In this document: positions 10,353 to 20,565 of the stretch, one piece after another | Layout: the number at the start of each line of letters is the position of its first letter | Position numbering within the stretch: position 1 is the stretch's first letter | Assembly (NCBI GenBank): GCA_026004395.1 | Contig: BPJB01000001.1 | Span: forward strand, 905,226-969,225 | DNA length: 64,000 nt | Direction: 5' to 3' | From: Patescibacteria group bacterium | GTDB taxonomy: Bacteria; Patescibacteriota; Microgenomatia; Levybacterales; UBA12049 | Translations under genes and position numbers: made by a program | Notes under the pieces: model-generated | Databases searched by the model: none | What the model was told of the DNA's origin: nothing | What the model saw: only the letters and a program-made list of their open reading frames with translations

Positions 10353-11276
10353 TTAACGTCTTTGCGGGGTTGCGATTACAAAAAGCCTCTTCCACGTGGT
10401 CCCCGGAGGCCAACAGGTTTGCAGAATGAGTTTTTGAACTCCTGTGTGCTGACTATTCACCAGCAGATCAACATCATCTGCATCTTTAATCTCTATATGA
10501 TCTACTACATAGTTATATCTTCTGCCCTCAAAAAAAATGATTACCTCATCTCCTTTTTGCAGCTCCTTAAGAAGATAAAACACAGCATTATATCTGCCAA
10601 CATTCCAAAAATTATCTGTAGAATGAGCAAAGATATAAGTATTGCCCTCAAATCCTGGAAAAACAGTCCCCTTTGCATGAGCAACACCTGTTTGAAGTAG
10701 TGGCAAAAATTCCTTCTCATTAGTTGGATCAACATTCGGATATACCTTTGAGGTTGCGCCGATTTTGGGAATAACAATACTAAACTGCGTATCTGGAGGA
10801 ACAAGTATTTGCTGCTTGGCTCCTATGAGTGCCTCACCAAAACCCGGAGCTGTCGTTTGTACGGCAGAAGATGTATTAACCTCGACAGTATATTTGATAT
10901 CTCTCATTTTGATGATTTGATATTTGACTTCATAGACAAGTACGGGTCCAAAAGTTGCACCTACACCATAGAGACTGAAAAGCACAAGAAAGTTACCAAT
11001 ACTGCGAAGAATTACAAATCGTATTTTCTCTCTTCTACTCATATAGTGATCAGTGGCAGCTGATGAAGAACTGTGATTAACAGTTGCATTTTTCAAAACT
11101 AGTTCTGAAATGGAATTGTTTTCTGTTTTACTACTAAATATAGATTTGGGAGATGATGTTTTCTGTACTTTTAAGGGGTAAAAACTCTCACCTTTATACT
11201 CATCATTATATGCACTACGACTGTTTTCTCGCTTACGTGTTTTTTGCAGGAAGTCCTTGCCATGTGTATAACTCAT
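10353..11276 (-). CDS. Sortase family protein
   Basis: TM anchor; IVIPKIG, IFAHS (His), LQTCWPPG (Cys), KRL (Arg) catalytic triad. Confidence 0.92.
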   Translation of the reverse strand: MSYTHGKDFLQKTRKRENSRSAYNDEYKGESFYPLKVQKTSSPKSIFSSKTENNSISELVLKNATVNHSSSSAATDHYMSRREKIRFVILRSIGNFLVLFSLYGVGATFGPVLVYEVKYQIIKMRDIKYTVEVNTSSAVQTTAPGFGEALIGAKQQILVPPDTQFSIVIPKIGATSKVYPNVDPTNEKEFLPLLQTGVAHAKGTVFPGFEGNTYIFAHSTDNFWNVGRYNAVFYLLKELQKGDEVIIFFEGRRYNYVVDHIEIKDADDVDLLVNSQHTGVQKLILQTCWPPGTTWKRLFVIATPQRR

Positions 11277-11434
11277 GAGTATATTGTACTCTAAATCAAA
11301 ATTAGGTTAAATTCCTTCAATAATTTTTAAAAAAAACTTAAACTTAATAGACTACTAAAAACCTAATTCAAACAAACAGTTTGCCACTCTTTACATCCTT
11401 TTGTAAAAAATTAAAATTTGCAGCAATGTTATTG

Positions 11435-11507
11435 TACCCCTGGAGGGAATTGCACCCCCGACCAACCCCTTAGGACGGGGCTGCTCTATCTACTGAGCTA
11501 CAGGGGC
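11435..11507 (-). tRNA. tRNA-Arg(CCT)
   Basis: Reverse complement GCCCCTG TA GCTC AGTAGATA GAGC A GCCCC GT-CCT-AA GGGGT TGGTC GGGGG TGCAATT CCCTC CAGGGGT A folds as a cloverleaf; CCA is not encoded. Confidence 0.88.
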
Positions 11508-11770
11508 ATATTATCTATCATAATATTACTTTTAATATAAAAGTTATAAAAAATACATCAAGATTTGCATCTTATCTTGATCTATTCTATACTCATTTGC
11601 TCTTAAAGTAAAATATTTTGCGACCAAATTAAAACTAAGGATTAACACATCAGTTGTTATTCTAGAAAACATGTGAATGATAGTTAGGTAGGTTTTCCTG
11701 CACAATACAATATAGAAATAGAATAATAAAAATCAAATAAGGATTAAAAAGATATTAAAATTTCTCTTTG

Positions 11771-11845
11771 CGGAGTGTAGCGCAGTTGGTAGCGCGCAGC
11801 GTTCGGGACGCTGAGGTCGGCGGTTCGAGTCCGCCCACTCCGACC
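11771..11845 (+). tRNA. tRNA-Pro(CGG)
   Basis: CGGAGTG acceptor stem; CAGCG-TT CGG GA-CGCTG anticodon arm; GGCGG TTCGAGT CCGCC T-arm. Confidence 0.95.
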
Positions 11846-11914
11846 TTCTATTTTATTTCACTTTTTCTAATCTCTCTGAGTTCTGAGACTATAAAAGTAG
11901 AAAAGATTAACCCT

Positions 11915-11944
11915 ACAAGTATACAGGTATACCTGTATACTTGT
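11915..11944. repeat. Perfect 30-bp palindrome, GTATAC family copy 2
   Basis: Identical to 10285-10314; just downstream of the TrpR-like gene. Confidence 0.9.
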
Positions 11945-11966
11945 TAATCTAAACTTATATTTGAAA

Positions 11967-12398
11967 CTAAGTTATATCTCCTTGATAAAGTTTTGCCCTG
12001 GATTGCATATCGTTCTTTGCTTGAAGTGCTAGATCCAAGGGTTTGAGTAACTCTGTTATATGCTCCCATAACTTACCCTTTTCACTCTGCTTTATCACTT
12101 GTCTTATTAAATCCTTAAATTGATTATCCTTCTCTGCCCAAGAAAGTTCAGAAACGCGAACCATCTCTTTACTTACTCCTATCAAATTTGCTATCTGAGA
12201 TGTTGTATATCCTTTCTCAAGTAGCATAAATACCATCAATCGTTTGGAGATCATTGTTTGTTCTTCTTTGGTAAAAAACTCGCGATACACTACCTGAGCG
12301 TTATCTTTTGAACTCAAAGAAGAAAAAAGATTAAAAATATTCTCCATCATCTCTTTTGCAAGAATAGATGGAATAGGAAATCTCGATGCTCTTGGCAT
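11967..12398 (-). CDS. TrpR/YerC/YecD-like helix-turn-helix regulator
   Basis: EFFTKEEQTMISKRLMVFMLLEKGYTTSQIANLIGVS matches the Trp-repressor-like pattern (T..E...L..R...A.LL..G.....I....G.S). Confidence 0.8.
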   Translation of the reverse strand: MPRASRFPIPSILAKEMMENIFNLFSSLSSKDNAQVVYREFFTKEEQTMISKRLMVFMLLEKGYTTSQIANLIGVSKEMVRVSELSWAEKDNQFKDLIRQVIKQSEKGKLWEHITELLKPLDLALQAKNDMQSRAKLYQGDIT

Positions 12399-12399
12399 A

Positions 12400-12435
12400 T
12401 ATACAGGTATACATGTATACCTGTATACTTGTCAA
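12400..12435 (-). promoter_or_regulatory. Promoter of the TrpR-like gene with a GTATAC palindrome (copy 3) between -35 and ATG; likely operator
   Basis: Minus strand reads TTGACA-agtatacaggtatacatg-TATACC-tgtatat-ATG; 12400-12427 is a perfect 28-bp palindrome. Confidence 0.7.
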
Positions 12436-12531
12436 GAAGAAGTAAGAATACTCCTAAGATTAGTAGTGCCTTATCTTAAAAGTAAATAATTAGAATCAAT
12501 TTAGATCAGATAACAGTGCTATACTATCAGC

Positions 12532-13275
12532 ATGAAACTTCTCTCACTTGCTCCATCTTGCACAGAGATACTTTATGCATTAGGTCTGGGTGATCAAATT
12601 GTTGGGACAACTGTTTACTGCGATTATCCTCCTGATGCCCAAAAAAAGCTAAAAATAGGATCGTGGATCACCACACAACCTGAAAAAATCAAAGCACTTA
12701 AGCCCGATCTTATCTTTACCTCCTATTTTCTCCCGGAACCACTTATTGGATGGACTGGACCCGGAGAAATAATTCATATTGTACCTCGCACACTTGATGA
12801 TATCCAAGAAAGTTTTAAAATCATCGGTAGAGTCACCAAACAATATTGTAGAGCTTTAGAACTTGTTCAGAGATTTAAATATCAGCTTGAACAAATTCGC
12901 CTTTCTCAACCGACTACACGACCTAAGGTTTATATGGAAGAATGGCCATCACCTCCTATGGTAAGCGGCAACTGGATACCCGAAATAGTCGCAATAGCAG
13001 GAGGTATTCCTGTCATCGCTAAAAAGGGACTGCCAAGTTGTGAATTTAATTTCCAAGAATTAGCAAGAGAAGATCCTGATGTTATGATTTTTCACTGGTG
13101 CGGCTTTGGAGATCGCTGGAATAAATCTATCATAATAAATCGCAATGGTTGGAAAGATCTCAAAGCAATTCAAAAAAATACATTATTTGTTATCCACGAC
13201 TCATTGCTTAACCGCCCATCACCAAGATTGGTTATTGGTGCACAAAAACTCCAACAGATATTTGCAAATCTTTAG
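12532..13275 (+). CDS. BtuF-like cobalamin/Fe-siderophore-binding protein (helical backbone receptor)
   Basis: LSLAPSCTEILYALGLGDQIVGTT.YCDYP; EKIKALKPDLI; RPSPRL. No signal peptide visible. Confidence 0.85.
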   Translation: MKLLSLAPSCTEILYALGLGDQIVGTTVYCDYPPDAQKKLKIGSWITTQPEKIKALKPDLIFTSYFLPEPLIGWTGPGEIIHIVPRTLDDIQESFKIIGRVTKQYCRALELVQRFKYQLEQIRLSQPTTRPKVYMEEWPSPPMVSGNWIPEIVAIAGGIPVIAKKGLPSCEFNFQELAREDPDVMIFHWCGFGDRWNKSIIINRNGWKDLKAIQKNTLFVIHDSLLNRPSPRLVIGAQKLQQIFANL

Positions 13276-13303
13276 TATTTTGTTATAAGTAAATTAACAG
13301 TTC

Positions 13304-13771
13304 ATGAAACAAGAACCCAAATTAATTATTTTTCTTTTGCGTTTAAGTCTTGCTTGGATTTTCCTCTACTCAAGTATAAGTAAGATAATTGCAAGTGATT
13401 GGACCTCAGCTGATTTTCTTAAAGGAGCATCAAGCTTAAAACCGCTTTTTGACTGGTTTGCTAGCCCTCAAAATATTGGGTGGGTTGATTTTCTCAATAT
13501 TTATGGTCAACTGGCTTTAGGTATTGCACTTCTCTTAGGAATTTTTTTACCAATTGCAGCAATCGGTGGAGTAGCAATGATGTCACTTTATTATTTAGCA
13601 CAAATTCATTTTCCTTACGTAGGACGTGGAACGCTTTTTCTGCTTATTGATGATCATGTGATTTATTCATTATGTCTGCTACTTCTTTGGAAGTTTGATG
13701 CGGGTAGATACTTAGGTCTTAAAACACAAGTTGCGCAACTATTAGGAAACAGATTACAAAAACTTAACTAA
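13304..13771 (+). CDS. DoxX/DoxD family membrane protein
   Basis: LLRLSLAWIFLYSSISK; GQLALGIALLLG; several TM segments. Confidence 0.85.
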   Translation: MKQEPKLIIFLLRLSLAWIFLYSSISKIIASDWTSADFLKGASSLKPLFDWFASPQNIGWVDFLNIYGQLALGIALLLGIFLPIAAIGGVAMMSLYYLAQIHFPYVGRGTLFLLIDDHVIYSLCLLLLWKFDAGRYLGLKTQVAQLLGNRLQKLN

Positions 13772-13798
13772 ACAAAATAGAATTAATGCTTTAAGAGC

Positions 13799-14371
13799 TT
13801 AAATCTTCTCCTCAGCTCTTTCGTAGCTGTGAATTTCCTCAGGTGTAAACCAAAGCATTTTTTCAAAGTTAGCTTCCTCTAGAGATCCTGAGATATGAAT
13901 CAAATTACTCACTCCTCGCCTTTCAACATTGGCATATGCTGCTGAATCTGTTGAGAAATCACCGCGTATTGTACCTGCCGGAGCTGCAACAGGCATTGTT
14001 GGCCCTGCTAGACGAATTACATTATCAACTGCATGACGTCCTTCAAGAAGAATTGCGATCACAGGTCCTGACTGCATATAATCCATAAGCCATCCCACTA
14101 CTAATTTGCCTAATTCTTTAGGATCATCTGTACCAAAATCTTTTTTTGCATCCTTGCCGTATTTTTGATAAGTATCAAGGGTTTTCCTACCGAGTCTCTC
14201 AATAGTTGCTTCTTTCTCAGTTCCATAATGCTTGTGGAAGTGTTCACGACTAGGCTTTGTCATTTTCATGGCAACAATTTTGAGTCCACATCTCTCAAAA
14301 CGATGAAGGATTTCTCCAACAACTCCTCTTTTTACTGCATCTGGTTTCATCAAGACAACTGTTTGTTCCAT
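13799..14371 (-). CDS. ndk: Nucleoside diphosphate kinase
   Basis: EQTVVLMKPDAVKRGVVGEI; GTIRGDF; NLIHISGS with the catalytic His. Confidence 0.95.
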   Translation of the reverse strand: MEQTVVLMKPDAVKRGVVGEILHRFERCGLKIVAMKMTKPSREHFHKHYGTEKEATIERLGRKTLDTYQKYGKDAKKDFGTDDPKELGKLVVGWLMDYMQSGPVIAILLEGRHAVDNVIRLAGPTMPVAAPAGTIRGDFSTDSAAYANVERRGVSNLIHISGSLEEANFEKMLWFTPEEIHSYERAEEKI

Positions 14372-14443
14372 ATCTATCTAATATTTAAAAATAAAACTCC
14401 TCTCTAAATGAGTATAATTCTTTGGTCACTTAATCTCAACCTT

Positions 14444-15718
14444 TTAGAATTGTACCACTTCTTCAAGTGCTTGTCTATCTTCAAAATTGCCAATAAGGGC
14501 AAGATTAAGACCACGATTGACAAAATATTTTTTCCCTACTTCCTCAATCTCTTCTATTGTTACTGCATCAACTTTTGCAAGCACATCATCAGGATTAAGT
14601 ACCTCTTTTTCTAAAAGCTCTTGGTGGGCATAGAAAGTACAAACAGATCGTGAGTCTTCAAGCTCAAGCACCAAATGACCTTTAATATATTCTTTGGCTT
14701 TTCTAAGCTCTGCTTCAGTGATCTGCATTTTACCTTCGGCTACTTTTCTATACTCGTGCATCATAACCTCAACTGCTTCTTTTACTCTCTTAGGATCAAT
14801 ACCAGCAAGAGAGACAAGACTTCCACAATCCAGATACTCATCTGAGTGCGATTTAACGTAGTATGCAAGACCTCTTTTTTCCCGCACCTCACTAAAAAGG
14901 CGTGAAGACATTCCCCCACCCAAGATTGACGCCAGTACAGATAAAGGATATTTCTCAGGATTATTAATGGATACTGTGCGCACACCAAGAGCGATATGTA
15001 TCTGTTCAGTTTTTTTCAAGCGGATGAGAATCTGAGGTTTTTCTTGTTTTTCAATAACGCCAACTGGTTTTTTTGTCTCAAATTTTTTCATCTTGCCGAA
15101 ATAATCTTCTACCAACTCGACAATTTTTTGCTCCTCTATTCCACCAGCGACGACAACGGTCATATTATGAGGGCTATAAAAAGATGAGAGATACTCTACA
15201 AAATCATCACGTGTAATTGAGCGAATAACATCCTTCTCTCCAGCAATATCCCAACCCATTGGCGTATCATCGTACAGCAACTGTTCATAGACGTCGCTGA
15301 TTTTACGCATGGGCATATCCTCGTAGAGATTGATCTCTTCAATAATTACACCTTTTTCTTTCTCTATCTCTGCGGGATCAAGCCTGCTGTTCTGAAGCAT
15401 ATCTGAGAGAACATCTAGCGTTATTTCGACATTATTTTTTCCTGCTTTCACATAGTAACCTGTGTATTCCTTACCTGTAAAAGCGTTAAACTCCCCACCA
15501 ATTCCATCAATAAGGCTGGAAATGTCCATGGCTGTTGGACGCTTTTTGGTACCTTTAAAAGCCATATGTTCCAAAAAATGAGATATGCCATTATTTTTCT
15601 TGGTTTCATATCTAGATCCGGCACCCACCATCACCAAAGCCGTAGCAGATTCGAAAGAAGGCATGGGAATTGTTAAAATTCTTAAACCATTAGAAAGTAA
15701 GTGTTTGTTGTACTTCAT
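14444..15718 (-). CDS. M16 family zinc peptidase
   Basis: GISHFLEHMAFKGT (HxxEH); NAFT; GGGMSSRLF.EVREKRGLAY. Confidence 0.95.
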   Translation of the reverse strand: MKYNKHLLSNGLRILTIPMPSFESATALVMVGAGSRYETKKNNGISHFLEHMAFKGTKKRPTAMDISSLIDGIGGEFNAFTGKEYTGYYVKAGKNNVEITLDVLSDMLQNSRLDPAEIEKEKGVIIEEINLYEDMPMRKISDVYEQLLYDDTPMGWDIAGEKDVIRSITRDDFVEYLSSFYSPHNMTVVVAGGIEEQKIVELVEDYFGKMKKFETKKPVGVIEKQEKPQILIRLKKTEQIHIALGVRTVSINNPEKYPLSVLASILGGGMSSRLFSEVREKRGLAYYVKSHSDEYLDCGSLVSLAGIDPKRVKEAVEVMMHEYRKVAEGKMQITEAELRKAKEYIKGHLVLELEDSRSVCTFYAHQELLEKEVLNPDDVLAKVDAVTIEEIEEVGKKYFVNRGLNLALIGNFEDRQALEEVVQF

Positions 15719-15942
15719 AAGATCATTGAGATTAAAACAACAGTTGAAATTTGCTCATTTTGCTTAAAATCTAAATTATTTTGTTCTGCTATTTTAGCAT
15801 TATCTTCTTAAGTTGCCAACCCTATTAATTCCTCAACAGCATATGCTTTCTCTCAGTGTCCATTTACAATCTATCACTATCAAAATATGAATTAATATAT
15901 ATTATAATATCAGTATCTTTAAGGTTTTCTATTGTATATGTA

Positions 15943-15968
15943 AGGTATACAAGTATACCTGTATACCT
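15943..15968. repeat. GTATAC family copy 4
   Basis: AGGTATACAAGTATACCTGTATACCT between argS and the M16 peptidase gene. Confidence 0.8.
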
Positions 15969-16034
15969 GCAAAAGTTAGTTTGAATCTGCTGATGAGTCA
16001 AATAAGTTGTCTGACTCAGATCAATATTGAATAT

Positions 16035-17819
16035 TTACATTTTTTCAGGAGATTGTATACCAAGAAGCCAAAGACCTTCTTTAATAGTCTCTCCAACTCT
16101 CTGAGTCAAAAGAAGTCTAAATTCCCGAATATTTTCCGATGCTGTGAGAATTGGGTATTTTTGGTAAAAGAGATTGAAATGTTGCGCAAGCTCAAAAAGA
16201 TAGGTACAAATATCACTTGGACTGTACTTCTCAGCAGCTTCTTTCTTGACATCAGACCAGCGTATTAGATCAATAAGAAGCTGTCGCTCATCTTTTGATA
16301 AAGAATGCAAACACTCCACCTTATTAAGAAAAACTTTTTTTTCTGTTAAACCTGACTTCTCCAACACACTCCTTGTCCTAACATATGTATATTGTAGATA
16401 AGGTCCAGAGTTACCTTCAAATGAGATTGATTCCTCGAATCGAAATTCAATATCTTTTCCTATACTACTTCGCAGCAGTGCATACTTTACAGCACCCACT
16501 CCTACGATCTCTGCTATCTGATCTTGTTCCCAAGAAGCCACCTTGTAATGAGAGGTTTCACCTCTTATCTGTTTTTTTACTTCATCAAGTTTTGCTTTTG
16601 CCCGTGCAACAGCCTCATCCAAAAGCCACTCTCCTGTAATAATGTTCCCCATCCTGCTACTCATTTTCCCCTCAGGAAGTCTGACCATACCATGACCTAT
16701 ATGCAGAGTTTTTTCTGCAAGGTAAGGCTTGATAAGAGAAAGGACTTGCAAAAGAACGCGAAAGTACTCATTTATTTCATTTCCAGTGACGATTATAGAA
16801 AGATCATAAGGAAAATCGTGATATTTACTGATAGCAAGCCCTAGCTCTTTTGCCTCATATGTAGGAAGACCAAGTGAGTTAATAAAAACACGGTTATGCA
16901 AACCATATTTTTCACCTTTAAAAATAATCGCATTTTCACTTTCCTCAAAAACACCTTTCTTCAGATACTCTTTCACCAATGCAAGACCCACAGGACTAGC
17001 CTGACTCTCAAAATAATACTTCCAAAACTTTGTTCCTAATCGTTTATAAATAGTCTCAAAATACTCCAAGCTCCAAGATCTACCCTTGTAATAAAGTTGT
17101 TTGATATCAGGATATTTTTCACTCTCAGGTGCTTCTACTATGGTGTATATTTTTTTATTAAGTTCTATAATCTCTTTTTTCGCAGCCTCATCTTCTTCAT
17201 AACTTTTCGCACCTAAAGCGTAGGCTTCACCCAAAAATTTTGCTTTTTCTTTTAATGTTCTTTTATCAATATCATTAAGATCTATATTTTCCTCTTTAAG
17301 CTTGATGATCAGACCATAAATAGCCTTCGCCACATGCAAACCTACATCGCCTTGATAGTTTACTCTTCTGACCTCTGCTCCTTGCGATTCAATAAGTCGT
17401 GCCAAAGCTTCTCCAACAATATTGCTATAGAGATGACCTATATGAAATTCTTTGAAAGGATTGGGGTCTGTGAACTCAATCATAATTTTTTTCCCATTGA
17501 ACTTTTTTGATTTTTCCTCTGATACAGGTTCTATTAATTGAGAGCAAAGAAAAGTATTTTTCAAAGTGAAGTTAATAAAGCCCGGTTTGGCTATATCTAT
17601 TCTTTCAATCATCTCAGATTTTTCTTCTTGTAACTCGTCAACCAACAAAGATGCTGCCTCAAGCGGAGACTTTTTAAGCTTCTTTGCGATTACAAAAGCT
17701 ACATTGGTTGCGTAATCTCCAAAAGAGGGATCTTCTGTAGGAGTCACAGATACTTGAATATCTGAAATTTGCATCTTTTCAAGAGCATTCTTAAGTAATG
17801 CTGCAATTTGAGAAATCAT
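16035..17819 (-). CDS. argS: Arginine--tRNA ligase
   Basis: FGDYATN, PGFINF, PNPFKEFHIGH (HIGH), KMSSR, GNSGPYLQY. ATG at 17819 lies 6 nt after TATAAT. Confidence 0.96.
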   Translation of the reverse strand: MISQIAALLKNALEKMQISDIQVSVTPTEDPSFGDYATNVAFVIAKKLKKSPLEAASLLVDELQEEKSEMIERIDIAKPGFINFTLKNTFLCSQLIEPVSEEKSKKFNGKKIMIEFTDPNPFKEFHIGHLYSNIVGEALARLIESQGAEVRRVNYQGDVGLHVAKAIYGLIIKLKEENIDLNDIDKRTLKEKAKFLGEAYALGAKSYEEDEAAKKEIIELNKKIYTIVEAPESEKYPDIKQLYYKGRSWSLEYFETIYKRLGTKFWKYYFESQASPVGLALVKEYLKKGVFEESENAIIFKGEKYGLHNRVFINSLGLPTYEAKELGLAISKYHDFPYDLSIIVTGNEINEYFRVLLQVLSLIKPYLAEKTLHIGHGMVRLPEGKMSSRMGNIITGEWLLDEAVARAKAKLDEVKKQIRGETSHYKVASWEQDQIAEIVGVGAVKYALLRSSIGKDIEFRFEESISFEGNSGPYLQYTYVRTRSVLEKSGLTEKKVFLNKVECLHSLSKDERQLLIDLIRWSDVKKEAAEKYSPSDICTYLFELAQHFNLFYQKYPILTASENIREFRLLLTQRVGETIKEGLWLLGIQSPEKM

Positions 17820-18074
17820 ACTCACATTATACACTAGACTTATGCAAAAGTTTTCAAATAAATTGATATTACAAAATCAATAATTCAAAACTTTAATCTA
17901 AGTAGATATCGATTTTGAATTCTCAGACTGCCAGAAAGACTGGATGCATGCAGATCTCACCCTCAAGATTAACACTTGCATTTTTTGCTAATACTTGCTA
18001 GCCTCATAAGTAGGAGCTATTGCTAGCGTTTTTGTAAAATATATATTACCTGTAAACGCTGCAACTGAACAATT

Positions 18075-18494
18075 ATGTCACCACATTCTGACCAAGAGTA
18101 TAAAAAGCTACTAACAGACGTTATACAAAGGCAAATTATGCTTCTTGGACCAACAATTGCTGTCACCAAAGCCAGACAAGTACCAGGAATTACTGTGGCA
18201 GATGATGGAACAGTAGTCAGCTTCACAGGTGATCCGCAACAGCTTACGCAACAGTTGATCGAACAGTTTGTGGAGCTCTCAGGACTTATTGTTAGAAAAA
18301 CAATGGAGCCTCTCCTTGCAAGCTATCCAGGATTAACAAATATTGTTCAAATGAATTCTAAAGTTTCTGACTCAAATACAGCGCAGCCTCCCCAACCACT
18401 CACATCATCCAATCAGACCACTGCACAACCAATACAAAATGCAACATCAAATCAGCAAACAGCAGAACAACCAATGCCAAAAATTGTAAACTGA
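18075..18494 (+). CDS. Hypothetical protein with low-complexity Q/T/P tail
   Basis: Clean 139-aa ORF with a globular N-terminus. Confidence 0.7.
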   Translation: MSPHSDQEYKKLLTDVIQRQIMLLGPTIAVTKARQVPGITVADDGTVVSFTGDPQQLTQQLIEQFVELSGLIVRKTMEPLLASYPGLTNIVQMNSKVSDSNTAQPPQPLTSSNQTTAQPIQNATSNQQTAEQPMPKIVN

Positions 18495-18578
18495 TAATAT
18501 GCGGGAATAAACAGCGAAAGATCGTATCAATATTTCTCGCCTTAGCAAACTAGGTCATTTGAAATAAAAACTGATAAA

Positions 18579-18920
18579 ATGGACACAGAAAAATTAATAA
18601 TCATTTTAATTCAGGCAGGATCGTTTATATCAGCATTTGCTGCAATTGCCGCTGGTGTGATGATGGCATCAGTACGCAAGAAATTCGGGACAGGTATCCT
18701 AGCTTCAGGATTTAAGTCAATCTCTATTGGTGTCTTTTTTATAGCAGGAGGAATTTTAGCAGATGCTGTTCAATCCTATATCTCACTCAACTTCCCTACC
18801 TTCATAATGGGAATTGTAGGTGTGCTAATCATAAAAGAAATACTCTTTGTCGTTGGGACATACATTATTGTCATCGGCAGCAAAAAAACAGGCGATAAGC
18901 TTGAATCTCTCACCAAATAA
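18579..18920 (+). CDS. Small hypothetical membrane protein (about 3 TM)
   Basis: Three hydrophobic stretches. Confidence 0.7.
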   Translation: MDTEKLIIILIQAGSFISAFAAIAAGVMMASVRKKFGTGILASGFKSISIGVFFIAGGILADAVQSYISLNFPTFIMGIVGVLIIKEILFVVGTYIIVIGSKKTGDKLESLTK

Positions 18921-19643
18921 TCCTCTTTTTCAGAATTTATATTTTCTAAAGTCCAAAATCAATATACAATTTTATGTAATTTTAAATAATTGAATATCTA
19001 TAGTAAAAAATTAGTTGCTAGCAAATATTATTTAGGTTCGCTAATGTTTTACCACCCTGATAATCTTGGACTATCTGTTGAAAAACTGAAAGCTTTTCTT
19101 AACTCTGAGATTTATCAGACATCAAACTTTTGCCAATTGTTGAAGCAAGATAAAGCGAATAGAATAACTAATTTTCTTTCATTGAAAAAGATCAGGAATA
19201 AAGATTAATTTCTTAAAATACAAAGTTGCATTATGACTTCCTTAGATTCAACTACTCAAGTTCAATATACTCTCTCCTGCAAATCATATTCAAAAAAAGA
19301 TAATTAAATATTTTCAAAATCGAAAGATTACTGAAAAATAACATTCGCTAGTCAATACTAGAGTCCTTAACCGAAAAAATCTCAGACTAATATTTTCTAA
19401 CATGACTTTCATAAAATAGAAAATACAAAGATAATTCTGATCAAATCTGAGAGCAAACAAAAAAATATAACTTTCACAATAATCAACTTAACTTTTTTAT
19501 ATTACTAGCCTCACTATTACTAAATACTAAGCTACAATCCTATAGTCATAATTCTAAAAAACCTCGCTATATTTTGATATATTCTGATAATTTTTTATAC
19601 TTATATCAAACTATAGGGGGATAAATGAATACTATAGGAGTTA

Positions 19644-20525
19644 TTACTTTATGCTATAAGTTTCACCATTAGTTTTTATTGTAATATCAGCATCTTTGTC
19701 TGTGCGATAGACGAGAATTCCTCTCTCAGATAAAAGACTTAAAGTAAAAGACGCAGGATGCTTATACTTATTATTGCTCCCCACTGAGATTGTAGCCACT
19801 TGTGGATCAAGCAATTTGAGAATCTCCCTTGTCAAACCTGTACGCGAACCATGATGAGGAACTTGTAAGACCTCAATATGGGGAATCTCTTTCTTAAAAC
19901 TGGACTCTAATGCATCTTGCAGTTGAGCTGCTTGCGTATCACCTGTAAGTAGAAAATCAAAATTTTTGTAGGAGAGAAGTATGATTAGAGAAGCAAACTC
20001 ACCTGTTTCTCTAATAATGCCATTATCAGATGTTCTCTTAAGAAACTCTGAGGAAGGACTCAGTACACGTAGTAAAATTCCATCAGACGTTCGCAAAACG
20101 TAAGAATCATCTATGATAATACGCCTGAGACCCTTTTTTTGGATAGTTCTTATCAAGGTTTTATAGCCCTCAGTATTATTAATTAAATCCTCTGTAACAA
20201 ACTGTTTTACTTTATAAGCACCCAAAACCTCAATAAGCCCATCCAGATGATCTGCATGAGGATGGCTAAGGATTACTAACTCAATTGTTCTATCCCAGAA
20301 AGGCATAAATTTAAAAAGACAGTTTAATACTTTTTTATCCGGTCCACCATCAAAAAGAATATCCTGCCCTTTTGGTGTTCGAATATAGATAGCATCTCCC
20401 TGACCCACATCACAAACGTTGATATGCAGTCTCCCATCGCCTACCTCGACCATATAGTAAATAAAAAGCAAGATAAAAAAGAGTATTGGAAAAAAGATAA
20501 AAAGGACAAATTTCATAAACTTCAT
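19644..20525 (-). CDS. ComEC/Rec2 C-terminal metallo-beta-lactamase domain as a separate gene
   Basis: DVGQGDA, SHPHADHLDG, LLTGD, VPHHGS, YKHP, YRTD. Confidence 0.92.
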   Translation of the reverse strand: MKFMKFVLFIFFPILFFILLFIYYMVEVGDGRLHINVCDVGQGDAIYIRTPKGQDILFDGGPDKKVLNCLFKFMPFWDRTIELVILSHPHADHLDGLIEVLGAYKVKQFVTEDLINNTEGYKTLIRTIQKKGLRRIIIDDSYVLRTSDGILLRVLSPSSEFLKRTSDNGIIRETGEFASLIILLSYKNFDFLLTGDTQAAQLQDALESSFKKEIPHIEVLQVPHHGSRTGLTREILKLLDPQVATISVGSNNKYKHPASFTLSLLSERGILVYRTDKDADITIKTNGETYSIK

Positions 20526-20565
20526 TAAGTTTTGATTATGCGACTAAGATAAAGACTTTACTAAG

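Noticed and set aside
18990-19208. 72-aa ORF in an AT-rich gap (similarly 2200..2415 and 31096..31305)
   Set aside because: No recognisable motifs or convincing translation signals; cannot be supported.
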